Origin: Chloroflexota bacterium
GTDB taxonomy: Bacteria; Chloroflexota; Limnocylindria; Limnocylindrales; CSP1-4
NCBI GenBank assembly: GCA_003250155.1
Contig: QKHE01000006.1
Span: 1-50,807, forward strand
Reading direction: 5' to 3'
Length of the DNA: 50,807 bases
Shown here: in pieces, positions 41,855 through 50,449 of the stretch
How positions within the stretch are numbered: position 1 is the stretch's first letter
Layout: each line of letters starts with the position of its first letter
The notes under the pieces: generated by a model
Databases searched by the model: none
What the model was told of the DNA's origin: nothing
The model's input: only the letters and a program-made list of their open reading frames with translations
Made by a program: the position numbers and the translations under genes

Positions 41855-42945
41855 ACAGCAGTGCCTACCGAGAGTTCACTGGCAAGAGCGTCGAGGAGGC
41901 GCTCAAGCTGGCCCGCGAGGAGTTCGGCGTGGGCCTCGACGACCTCGATTTCGAGATCCTGACCCCGGGCAGCCGGGGCGTGCTCGGCATGGGCGCCGAG
42001 CCGGCCCGCGTGCTGGCGGCGCCGCGCAGCGAGCTCGGCGGTGCGGCCCCCAAGCGCGAGGCCGCAGCGGCCCGTCCGCTGCCACCGCCTCCGCCGCGGG
42101 AGCGCGATGATGACCGCGGCCGCGGCCGCGGCTTCGGCCGCAGCTTCGATCGGGAGCGCGGCGGGCGGGGCGAGCGCAGCGAGCGCGGCGAGCGCGGCGG
42201 CCGGGGCTCCGACCGCGACCGGGGCGGCCGCGCGGCGGACGACGCCGCGGCTGAGCGTCGGCCGGCCCCCGAGCCCGACGCCGAATCCCGACCGCGAGGC
42301 CGTGACGATCGCCCGCGCCGCGAGGAGCGGCCACGACGCGACGACCGGCGCGAGGAGCGGCCGCGGCACGCCGCCGAGAGCCGCCGCGGCGCGTCGCTCA
42401 GCGAGCGCGAGGAGGCCGAGGTCACCGCGGCTCGCGGGTCCGTCGCCGCCGAGCGCGCCGAGCTGGAGGCGGCCGAGGCGTCGCCCGAGGCGCTCGCCGC
42501 CGGCAAGCTCATCCTCGAGAAGCTGCTCGTCCACATGGGCTTCGACGTCAAGGTCGAGGTCGAGGCCGGCGAGACGAGTCGGCTGAACGTGGTCGGCGAG
42601 GGCCAGGAGCGCGACGAGCTCGGCGCCCTGATCGGGCGCAAGGGCGAGCGTCTGTCGGCGCTGCAGCACCTCGTCAACCTGATGCTGTCGCGCGAGATGG
42701 GTGCCTGGACGCGTGTCCTGGTCGATGTCGAGGACTACCGCGGCCGCCGCGAGCGGCAGCTGCGCGAGATCGCGAGCCGCGCCGCCGGGCGCGTCATCGA
42801 GACCGGCAAGATGCTCCAGCTGGAGCCGATGCCGGCCCTCGAGCGGCGCTGGATCCACCTCGCTCTGCGCGAGCACCCCGAGGTCGCGACGCAGTCGATC
42901 GGCGAGGAGCCGAACCGCCGGGTCGTCGTCCTGCCGCGCGCCTGA
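41851..42945 (+). CDS. jag: Jag/KhpB-like RNA-binding protein (Jag_N, KH and R3H domains) with a long Arg/Asp/Glu/Gly-rich insert.
   Basis: Its ATG overlaps the yidC stop (ATGA). The Jag_N block is REFTGKSVEEALKLAREEFGV. The KH block is LIGRKGERLSALQHLVNLML. The R3H block is LEPMPALERRWIHLALREHPEVATQSIGEEPNRRVVV. Confidence 0.85.
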   Translation: MNSSAYREFTGKSVEEALKLAREEFGVGLDDLDFEILTPGSRGVLGMGAEPARVLAAPRSELGGAAPKREAAAARPLPPPPPRERDDDRGRGRGFGRSFDRERGGRGERSERGERGGRGSDRDRGGRAADDAAAERRPAPEPDAESRPRGRDDRPRREERPRRDDRREERPRHAAESRRGASLSEREEAEVTAARGSVAAERAELEAAEASPEALAAGKLILEKLLVHMGFDVKVEVEAGETSRLNVVGEGQERDELGALIGRKGERLSALQHLVNLMLSREMGAWTRVLVDVEDYRGRRERQLREIASRAAGRVIETGKMLQLEPMPALERRWIHLALREHPEVATQSIGEEPNRRVVVLPRA

Positions 42946-42952
42946 GCGCCGG

Positions 42953-43939
42953 CTACTCGACGATATCCATCCGGCCGAATCGCCGGAACGCCAGCGCGCC
43001 GAAGAGCACTGCCCAGGCCGCGAGGGCGACGATCGGGAACGCGGCCGGGCCGAGGTCCCGCCCGAGGACCTGGCCCGGGAAGTGACCGAGGCCGCTCGCC
43101 GCCGCGGTCGCCACGTTGCCGAGCGTGACGAAGCCGCGGAGCGGGAAGCCGCTCAGGAGCCACGCCGCGCCGCCGCCCTCCTGGAGCGGCTCCAAGCGGA
43201 CCAGGACGCTCAGGATCGCGGCCTCGATGACGAAGTAGATGAGCGCCGCCACGAGGGCGACGCTCCCCGAGCGGACGAGGACCGTCGCGAACGCGCTGAA
43301 GCCGATCACCGTCGCCGCCGCGACGACATTCCCGAGGAGGAGCGCTCCGATGCCCGCCCAGTCCACCGCCGGCAGCTGCGCCGGCGGCCGCGCGCTGCCC
43401 GTCCCGAGCAGCACCGGGAGCACGGCCCCGAGGACGAGGACGAGCCCGAACAGGACGAGCCCGACGACCCCGACCGCGAGGATCCGCGCGGCCAGCACTT
43501 GGCGCCGGTTGCCGAAGGCGATGAGGGTCGTCCGGATCGTCCCCCAGCCGAACTCGTCGCCAACCGCGGACGCGGTCAGCAGGATCAGCGCGAGCAACAC
43601 GAACACGGAGCTGCCGAGGACCGTGACGAGGCTCCGCGGGAAGACATAGACGGCCCGCGCGATGGCCGCCTCCTCGGTCCGGAACTCGTGCTCCTGGCGC
43701 TTCGCGTCGACCTGGCCGGCGAGCAGCGCCTCGGCCTCGTCGGGTGGCAGGCCCTGCCCGTAGCCCTGTGCGATCAGCTCCGCCCGGATCGCCGCCTCGT
43801 CGAACGGCGGCGGTTCGCTGATCGACAGGTAGCCCGCGGCGAACTGCACGGCGATGAGGAGCGGCACCGCGATGACGATGGCCTGGATCGACCGCCGCTT
43901 GCGGAGCCTGATCCACTCGGCGCGAAGGAGGCCGCTCAT
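42953..43939 (-). CDS. ABC-2-type transporter permease
   Basis: The N-terminus MSGLLRAEWIRLRKRRSIQAIVIAVPLL is typical of ABC-2 permeases. It has about 6 TM segments with a large first extracytoplasmic loop. Its start overlaps the ATPase gene stop. Confidence 0.7.
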   Translation of the reverse strand: MSGLLRAEWIRLRKRRSIQAIVIAVPLLIAVQFAAGYLSISEPPPFDEAAIRAELIAQGYGQGLPPDEAEALLAGQVDAKRQEHEFRTEEAAIARAVYVFPRSLVTVLGSSVFVLLALILLTASAVGDEFGWGTIRTTLIAFGNRRQVLAARILAVGVVGLVLFGLVLVLGAVLPVLLGTGSARPPAQLPAVDWAGIGALLLGNVVAAATVIGFSAFATVLVRSGSVALVAALIYFVIEAAILSVLVRLEPLQEGGGAAWLLSGFPLRGFVTLGNVATAAASGLGHFPGQVLGRDLGPAAFPIVALAAWAVLFGALAFRRFGRMDIVE

Positions 43940-44910
43940 GCCGCCGTGCCGCCCGCGGCACCCGCCGCGGGGTCGTCGTGGGTCAGCTCGATGAACACGT
44001 GCTCGAGTGACTGGCGCCGGATCCCGAGCTCCGCCGGGTACAGCCCGACGGCGGCGAGCCGCTTCGACAGCTCGGGGCCGGAGCCATCGGGTGCGTCGAC
44101 GAGCAGGCGCGTCGGCGGGTCCCCGTCGAGCGTCGCCTCGCCCAGGCTCGCGGCAACGGGCAGCGCGCGGGCGGCCTCGTCGGCCGATTCGAAGCGCGCG
44201 AACAGTCGCTCGCCCTGGCGCAGCATCGCCTGCGTCTCGCCTTCGGCGATGATCCGCCCTTCCCGCAGGATCGCCACGCGCTGGCAGAGCTGCTCCACCT
44301 CGGTCAGGACGTGGCTGGACAGGAAGACCGTCAACCCGTCGTGGGCCAGGCCGGCGATCAGCTGGCGGACGTCGACGACGCCGTTCGGGTCCAGCCCGTT
44401 CGTCGGCTCGTCGAGGATCACCAGCTCCGGCTGGCGCAGCAGCGCCACCGCGATCCCGAGGCGCTGGCGCATGCCGGTCGAGAAGCGGCCCGTGCTGCGC
44501 CTCGCCGCCGCCGTCATGCCGACACGATCCAGCACCTCGGGGATAGCGGTCGCCAGCCTGGCCTCCGACATGCCGCTCATGAGGCCGAAGACGCGCAGGT
44601 TGTCGACCGCGCTCAGGTACGGGTAGAACGCGGGTCGCTCGACGAGGGCACCGACCCGCAGGAACGCCGGCGAGCCCGGCCGTGCCGGCTCGCCGAGGAC
44701 CTGGACCGACCCGCGGCTCGGCCGCATCAGCGCGAGCAGAATGCGGATCGTCGTCGTCTTGCCGGCTCCGTTCGGACCGAGGAACCCGTACACGCCACCA
44801 CGCGGGACTTGCAGGTCGATGCCGGCCACAGCCTCGACGTCACGGAAGCGCTTGACGAGCCCCGTCGTCGCGATGACGGGCGCGCTGTCCATCGTCGTCG
44901 CCACGGTCAT
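43936..44910 (-). CDS. ABC transporter ATP-binding protein (ABC-2/DrrA-like exporter ATPase).
   Basis: Walker A GPNGAGKTTTIRIL, Q-loop, signature FSTGMRQRLGIAVAL, Walker B LVILDEPTNGLD, and H-loop SSHVL. I chose the start at MTVATTMDS (44910). The 499-aa track ORF is an Arg/Pro-rich shadow extension. Confidence 0.92.
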   Translation of the reverse strand: MTVATTMDSAPVIATTGLVKRFRDVEAVAGIDLQVPRGGVYGFLGPNGAGKTTTIRILLALMRPSRGSVQVLGEPARPGSPAFLRVGALVERPAFYPYLSAVDNLRVFGLMSGMSEARLATAIPEVLDRVGMTAAARRSTGRFSTGMRQRLGIAVALLRQPELVILDEPTNGLDPNGVVDVRQLIAGLAHDGLTVFLSSHVLTEVEQLCQRVAILREGRIIAEGETQAMLRQGERLFARFESADEAARALPVAASLGEATLDGDPPTRLLVDAPDGSGPELSKRLAAVGLYPAELGIRRQSLEHVFIELTHDDPAAGAAGGTAA

Positions 44911-44959
44911 CGGGCGAGCGTGCGTGAGCGGCCGGGGCCGAGCGGGCGGGTTGCTGGCA

Positions 44960-45592
44960 TCAGGCGGCGCGGAACCCGGCGACCGAGAGACGCGCGCCGG
45001 CCTCGTAGAAGGCGAGCGTGCGGCGCAGGGGCTCGTCGCGGCGACCGTCACCGGCGGCCACCCGCCACACGACCCGGAGCAGCTCCTCGGCGCGCTCCAG
45101 GAGCTCGCCCTCCGTTCGCGGGACCGGGATGTCGGCGTAGGTTCGGTGCGCTCGCGGCCAGGCGATGGCCTCCGGCGGGAGGCGCGGGATGAGCGACAGC
45201 GCCACGCGCGCGTGGCCGGCGGCGAGCAGCGTCCGGCCATCCACCGGCCGGAGCACCGTCCGCTCGTGGTCCGCCGCGGCGTCGGCGGCGCGCGCCGCGA
45301 GCGAGCCATGCACCGGCGGGGCGACGATCCCGGCTCGCCGGACGAGGACGCGAAGCTCCTCCGCGGAGAACTGTCGCGCCCGGGCGAGGGCAACGAGGCC
45401 GTCGAGGACGGCGTCGACGTGCTGCAGCGTCTCACCGCCGAGGATGCTCAGGGTCGCGCCCTCGTCATCGGCCTCTTCGCGCACGACGGCGACCAGCGCA
45501 AGGCTTGCCCGGCGGCAGACGTCCTGGAGGCGGTCGAAGGCGGCGAATCCCGAGCGTTCGTGGGGCTCGGGGTGGCGTGGGCCGTCGACCAT
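44960..45592 (-). CDS. Hypothetical protein (Ala/Arg-rich, helical, with no motif I recognise).
   Basis: Its composition is acceptable for a real protein and it is divergent from the LLM oxidoreductase gene. I chose the start at MVDGPRH (45592). I could not assign a family. Confidence 0.35.
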   Translation of the reverse strand: MVDGPRHPEPHERSGFAAFDRLQDVCRRASLALVAVVREEADDEGATLSILGGETLQHVDAVLDGLVALARARQFSAEELRVLVRRAGIVAPPVHGSLAARAADAAADHERTVLRPVDGRTLLAAGHARVALSLIPRLPPEAIAWPRAHRTYADIPVPRTEGELLERAEELLRVVWRVAAGDGRRDEPLRRTLAFYEAGARLSVAGFRAA

Positions 45593-45692
45593 GGCCGCAG
45601 GATACAAATCTCGAACGCACGTGCAACGCCATTTCTTCCGTCCTGTGTCACGCATCGTCCCGCCTGAGAGGCAGCCACCCTAGACTCCGTCC

Positions 45693-46715
45693 GTGAAGAA
45701 GATCGGGTTCCTGTCGTTCGGCCATTGGTCGGACTCGCCCTATTCGCAGGTCCGCTCCGGAGCGGACGCGCTCATCCAGTCGATCGAGCTGGCCGAGGCG
45801 GTCGAGGACCTCGGCGCCGACGGCGCCTACTACCGGGTGCACCACTTCGCCCAGCAGCTCGCGTCGCCGTTCCCGCTGCTGGCTGCCGTCGGGGCTCGAA
45901 CGAAGCGGATCGAGATCGGTACGGCCGTGATCGACATGCGCTATGAGAACCCGCTGTACATGGCCGAGGACGCCGGCGCCGCCGACCTGATCGCCGGCGG
46001 CCGGCTGCAGCTCGGGATCAGCCGCGGCTCGCCGGAGCAGGTCATCGACGGCTTTCGGTACTTCGGCTACGCGCCGCCCGAAGGCCAGACCGACGCCGAC
46101 ATGGCCCGGCAGCACACCGAGGTCTTCCTCAAGGTCATCGGCGGCGCCGGGTTCGCCGAGCCGAATCCCGCGCCGATGTTCCCCAACCCGCCCGGCCTGC
46201 TTCGCCCGGAACCCCACTCGCCCGGCCTGCGCGACCGGATCTGGTGGGGCGCCGGCTCCCGGGCGACGGCCGAATGGACCGCAGCGCAGGGCCTCAACAT
46301 GATGTCCTCGACCCTCATGACCGAGGATGCCGGCGTCCCGTTCCACGAGCTCCAGGCGGAGCAGATCCGGCTGTTCCGCGAGGCGTGGAAGGCGGCGGGC
46401 CACCAGCGCGAGCCGCGGGTCTCGGTCAGCCGCAGCATCTTCGCGCTCGTCGACGACCGCGACCGGGCGTACTTCGGGCGCGGCAACCAGGACGCCGACA
46501 AGGTCGGCTACATCGATGCCCGCACGAAGGCGATCTTCGGGCGGTCCTATGCGGCCGAGCCCGACGTGCTCGTCAGGCAATTGGCCGAGGACACCGCGAT
46601 CCAGGCCGCGGACACGCTCCTGCTGACGGTCCCCAACCAGCTCGGCGTGGACTACAACGCCCACGCCATCGAGAGCATCCTGAAGCACGTCGCGCCGGCG
46701 CTCGGCTGGCGCTAG
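45693..46715 (+). CDS. LLM-class (luciferase-like) flavin-dependent oxidoreductase
   Basis: KIGFLSFGHW...IELAEAVEDLGADGAYYRVHHF...RIEIGTAVIDMRYENPLYMAEDAGAADLIAGGRLQLGISRGS is a typical LLM TIM-barrel N-terminal pattern. GTG start. Confidence 0.85.
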   Translation: MKKIGFLSFGHWSDSPYSQVRSGADALIQSIELAEAVEDLGADGAYYRVHHFAQQLASPFPLLAAVGARTKRIEIGTAVIDMRYENPLYMAEDAGAADLIAGGRLQLGISRGSPEQVIDGFRYFGYAPPEGQTDADMARQHTEVFLKVIGGAGFAEPNPAPMFPNPPGLLRPEPHSPGLRDRIWWGAGSRATAEWTAAQGLNMMSSTLMTEDAGVPFHELQAEQIRLFREAWKAAGHQREPRVSVSRSIFALVDDRDRAYFGRGNQDADKVGYIDARTKAIFGRSYAAEPDVLVRQLAEDTAIQAADTLLLTVPNQLGVDYNAHAIESILKHVAPALGWR

Positions 46716-46767
46716 GCCGCCGAGCCGCGTCACGCAACTCGACGATCACTCGCAGGGAGTCTCGACG

Positions 46768-47373
46768 ATGAAGCTGACCGCCACGATGTTCATGACGCTG
46801 GACGGCGTGTACCAGGGCCCCGGCGCGCCGGACGAGGACCGACGTGGCGGCTTCGATCGCGGCGGCTGGCTGGCCCCGTACGATGACGACGAGACCGGCC
46901 AGTTCATCCTGTCGGCCTACGAGCGGATGGACGCGATGCTGCTCGGCCGCGTGACGTGGGACATCTGGGCGGCGTACTGGCCGCTTCATGACTCTGGCGA
47001 CCCGATCTCGCACGGGATCAACGTCCTGCCCAAGCACGTGCCCTCGACGACGCTCAAGGACCCGGGCTGGCAGAACACCCACGTCATCGACGGCGATGTC
47101 GAGGCGGCCGTCCTCGAGCTGAAGGCGAAGCCCGGCCGGGATCTGCTGCTGCAGGGCAGCGGCGTCCTGCTGCGCTGGCTCCTGGAGCGCGACCTCGTCG
47201 ACGAGCTGAACCTGATCGTCTACCCGGTCGTGCTGGGTGCCGGGCTGCGGCTGTTCCCGGAGCGTGGGCCGACACACGCCCTCGAGTTGCTCGGGTCGAG
47301 AACGACGCCGAGCGGCGTCTCGATCCAGACCTTCCGACCGACCGGCCGGGCGACGTTCGGGACGATGGGCTGA
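46768..47373 (+). CDS. Dihydrofolate reductase-family protein (RibD C-terminal domain).
   Basis: MKLTATMFMTLDGVYQGPG...MLLGRVTWDIWAAYWP...LLLQGSGVLLRWLLERDLVDELNLIVYPVVLGAGLRLF. GGGAG lies about 10 nt upstream of the ATG. Confidence 0.85.
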   Translation: MKLTATMFMTLDGVYQGPGAPDEDRRGGFDRGGWLAPYDDDETGQFILSAYERMDAMLLGRVTWDIWAAYWPLHDSGDPISHGINVLPKHVPSTTLKDPGWQNTHVIDGDVEAAVLELKAKPGRDLLLQGSGVLLRWLLERDLVDELNLIVYPVVLGAGLRLFPERGPTHALELLGSRTTPSGVSIQTFRPTGRATFGTMG

Positions 47374-47401
47374 GGACGCGCGTGGCCGGGGCGGGGAGCC
47401 G

Positions 47402-49006
47402 CTACGGCGTGTGGAACTCGATCGAGTCCACGATCGGCATCGCCCACTCCAGCACGGTCTCGAAGCTGTCGAGGTCGGCGCTGATTGCGATCCCCAGGAC
47501 CCGGGCCGATCCTCCGGGAAGATCGAACAGGTAGAGTCGCGCCCGACCCCCAACGGGCTCCAGGAGGACCCCGCAGGACGTCCTCAATGCGACGACGCCG
47601 TCCATCTGCAGGCCCGAGCGCCCGCCAATGGTCACCGCCGCCGGAGCGGCGCCCGCGAAGCTCGGGTCTGCCGCGATGCTTCGGGCGAGTGCGTCGGCGT
47701 CGGCCGGAGCCGGCGCACCGCAGCCCGGGCCGATCGGTCGCGGGTCTGCCATGAAGGCGAGGATCCGCCGCGGAGCGTCATCGAAGGGAAGCTGCCCGCT
47801 GATCGCCAGCCAGTCCGACGTCCGCTCCTCCTCCTGGCTCGGCCCGAGCGGATAGGCGGCGCGGAAGGTCACGAGGCCGTCGAGGTACGCGTACTCGACG
47901 GGAACGAAGTCACCGTTCTCGAGCGTGTTCGGGGCCGTCTCGCCGTAACCAAGGTCGTAGACCAGGCGCATGCCGTCGGCTCCAACCTCGTCATACGAGA
48001 GGACTTGCTCCACGACGGTCGCGCCGTCCTCCGCGAAGAGACGAACCACGAAGCGCATGTCGCCATTCGGCCAGACCGGGCCCGTGACGACGTCGTACTC
48101 CCACCGCTCGTAGGCGGCGCCGGTGCTGGTCGCATAGAGCAGTGGGACGGCTTGGATTGCGTCGCCGTCCCCGTCGCCGCCGCGCAGATCGATGAGCCCA
48201 TCGGCGCCCGTGCCGTCGACCCGCGCCTCGAGGAAGCGAGTCAGTTGCGCGGTCGCCTCTGCCCGGACAACGGCCGGGTCACCCTGCGCTGCCGGCTCGA
48301 TGAGCTCCCAGTCGGCCACCACCCAGAGGCCGTTGGAATCCTGTCTCTCCGGCTGCGCGACGTGGATCCGCACGGTCTCGTACCGGAGTGCGTCGAGGGT
48401 TGGCGCGCAGGCGCCGCCATCGGGGTCGTCCGGATAGAGCGGATTCACGACGCCCACGGCGCATCGAACGAAAAGGACGTTGCCGCCGTCGAAGTCGCGG
48501 TGCGCGAACTCCTCGTGCCATGTGAAGGATTCCCAGCCCAGGACCGCCTCGATGAACCTGGAGAAGATCTCCCCGCTATTCCCTGGGTGGTTCTGCGCCA
48601 CCTGGCCCCAGTCCACCCAGCGCTGCCATGCGTAGCTCAGGGTCTCGCCGGCATCGAAGCGCTGCTGGGCGGCGCGCAGTTCCTCCAGGGAACGCTGAGG
48701 CCACATACCGCCGCCGGTGAGGACCGACTGCACCGGGGTCGGGCTCGGCGTTGCCTGGCCGGGGTCACGCTGCGGCACGCCGCCGGCCAGGACGCCGGCC
48801 AGGGCCACCGCCATACCGGCTGCGCTGGCGGCGATCAAGAGTCGCCACGACCGCAGCAGCGGACTGACGCTCCGCTGGAGATGTCGCGCCTGTCGAAGGG
48901 CGCGCGTCTGCTGGAAGGTGGCCGCAAGTATTCGGTCGGGGAAATGCGTTCCCGCTTCTCGATCTTCCATCCATACGGAGACGCGTCGTTCGAGGTTGTC
49001 GATCAT
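47402..49006 (-). CDS. Putative anti-sigma factor: a short cytoplasmic N-terminus, one TM segment, and an extracytoplasmic domain of about 450 aa.
   Basis: Its start overlaps the stop of the ECF sigma gene (ATGA). The TM segment is LLIAASAAGMAVALAGVLAGG. No zinc-binding HxxxCxxC motif is seen, so the call rests on position and topology. Confidence 0.5.
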   Translation of the reverse strand: MIDNLERRVSVWMEDREAGTHFPDRILAATFQQTRALRQARHLQRSVSPLLRSWRLLIAASAAGMAVALAGVLAGGVPQRDPGQATPSPTPVQSVLTGGGMWPQRSLEELRAAQQRFDAGETLSYAWQRWVDWGQVAQNHPGNSGEIFSRFIEAVLGWESFTWHEEFAHRDFDGGNVLFVRCAVGVVNPLYPDDPDGGACAPTLDALRYETVRIHVAQPERQDSNGLWVVADWELIEPAAQGDPAVVRAEATAQLTRFLEARVDGTGADGLIDLRGGDGDGDAIQAVPLLYATSTGAAYERWEYDVVTGPVWPNGDMRFVVRLFAEDGATVVEQVLSYDEVGADGMRLVYDLGYGETAPNTLENGDFVPVEYAYLDGLVTFRAAYPLGPSQEEERTSDWLAISGQLPFDDAPRRILAFMADPRPIGPGCGAPAPADADALARSIAADPSFAGAAPAAVTIGGRSGLQMDGVVALRTSCGVLLEPVGGRARLYLFDLPGGSARVLGIAISADLDSFETVLEWAMPIVDSIEFHTP

Positions 49007-49557
49007 GCTGTCCGCCCGTCGATCAGGGCGATCGAGGCTCGGCTGTCCGCGTCGAGCGCGGCGCGGAGCGCCTCGGTCGCGTAGTGGATCCTGGACTTCG
49101 CCGTTCCGACCGGAATCCCGAGCATCGCGGCGATCTCTTCGGCGCTGAAGCCCGCGTAATGCCTGAGGACCATGGCAACTCGCTGGTCCTCTCCCAGGCG
49201 CCTGAAGCCCCGCTCGAGCTGGTCGCGATCGGCCGTCCGGCCGGTGACATCAGCGCCAGCGGGCTCGACGATTGCGAGGTCGACCTCGGTCGAGACGCGG
49301 CGCCGCTTTCGCCCCTGGTCGGCGCAGGCATTGACGAGCAATCGATGCAGCCATGCGTCCAGCCGATCGGCGTCGCGCAGCTTCGGCAGTTCCCGCCACG
49401 CCTTGATCAGGGCTTCCTGCACTGCATCCTCGGCGAGATGGACGTCGCGGAGGATGAGGCGGGCAACACCGAAGAGGCGGTCGACACGAGGGATGACCAG
49501 CGCTTCGAAGGCGCTGTGCTCACCCCGCTGGGCCGCTTCGACGAGGGCTCGTGTCAC
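49003..49557 (-). CDS. ECF (group IV) sigma-70 family RNA polymerase sigma factor
   Basis: Region 2: FEALVIPRVDRLFGVARLILRDVHLAEDAVQEALIKAWREL...LDAWLHRLLVNACAD. Region 4: LGEDQRVAMVLRHYAGFSAEEIAAMLGIPVGTAKSRIHYATEALRAAL. Confidence 0.9.
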   Translation of the reverse strand: MTRALVEAAQRGEHSAFEALVIPRVDRLFGVARLILRDVHLAEDAVQEALIKAWRELPKLRDADRLDAWLHRLLVNACADQGRKRRRVSTEVDLAIVEPAGADVTGRTADRDQLERGFRRLGEDQRVAMVLRHYAGFSAEEIAAMLGIPVGTAKSRIHYATEALRAALDADSRASIALIDGRTA

Positions 49558-49682
49558 TCGCTATCCCTCCGCGCGCCGGCCGATTTGGCCTCGCCTGGCA
49601 GTTATGACGGAGCGCCGTGCGCGCCCGTTCAAAGAATGGGACGCACTCGCTTCGAGGCGGCGGCGCGCCGACGGCTGCACCG

Positions 49683-50316
49683 TCACGGAGTCGGGCTCTT
49701 CTGGGCAGCGACATCGAACGTCGCCGAGTCGAGGGTCGCATGCAGCTCGTCGACCGCGCGCTGCGACGTCCCGGCGAAGTAGGCGCCGTCCATTGGCGCG
49801 ATCTTGCCGTCCACGCCGACGATCCACATCTCGTCGATCTGGCCCGGCCCTTGGTGATATCGCGCGGGACTCGCCGGTGACGCCGAACGTGGCGCACTGC
49901 TCGTCGTCGCAGGTGCTGAAGTCCGCGTCGTCGGGGACGTGCAGCGTGTTCCGATTGCCGGCGTAGCCGCCGACCGTGAAGTCGTCTGCCTCGGAAGCAG
50001 CTCGTGACGACTGCTGACCCATTGGCGCGGCGATCTCATCAACTGTGGTCGCGGGGGTGGCCGGCATGGTGCTCAACCAGGCACAGGCATCGCCGAACCA
50101 GTAGAACTCCTCGTCCACTGTGTAGGTGATGATGCCCGCGCCGTCCGGCGGATCACCGCCCCGCGGACCCCATTCCAGGAGCCAGCCACCCGGATCCCCG
50201 ACCCACCGTGAGGCGGGGATCGTCACCGGGATCCCCACACCGTCATCGGAGCAACCGGCGACGATCGAGGCCGCCACGAGGACTCCGATGGGCTTCGCCC
50301 GCCACGATCCCGCCAT
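49683..50316 (-). pseudogene. Lipoprotein gene that is apparently interrupted by a frameshift. This could be a pseudogene or a sequencing or assembly indel.
   Basis: One frame gives MAGSWRAKPIGVLVAASIVAGCSDDG (a signal peptide plus lipobox) and stays protein-like to ...CATFGVTGES near 49880. After that it becomes Arg-rich nonsense. A second frame (ORF 49683-50042) is nonsense at its 5' end but protein-like from YHQGPGQIDEMWIVGVDGKIAPMDGAYFAGTSQRAVDELHATLDSATFDV to the stop at 49683. Confidence 0.5.
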
Positions 50317-50449
50317 TCGGCCCGCGCTCTTGGCGCCCGCACACCGTCTCGGTGCGTCCTGGGATCGATGACGGCCCGTGATACCCATCCGTTCAAGATT
50401 CGCCGCGACGAGCTGCGGGCGCGCCGAACCGGCGCGGGTTGATCGGGAT

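Noticed and set aside
44960-45592. An attempt to assign the 210-aa Ala/Arg-rich protein divergent from the LLM oxidoreductase as its regulator.
   Set aside because: No helix-turn-helix or other DNA-binding signature is recognisable by eye. I left it as hypothetical with low confidence that it is even expressed.
45600-50449. A possible genomic island integrated at the tmRNA gene (the ECF sigma/anti-sigma genes, the frameshifted lipoprotein, and the LLM and DHFR-like genes).
   Set aside because: There is no integrase or recombinase, no repeat of the ssrA 3' end, and no visible compositional break. The gene content is ordinary accessory metabolism and signalling.
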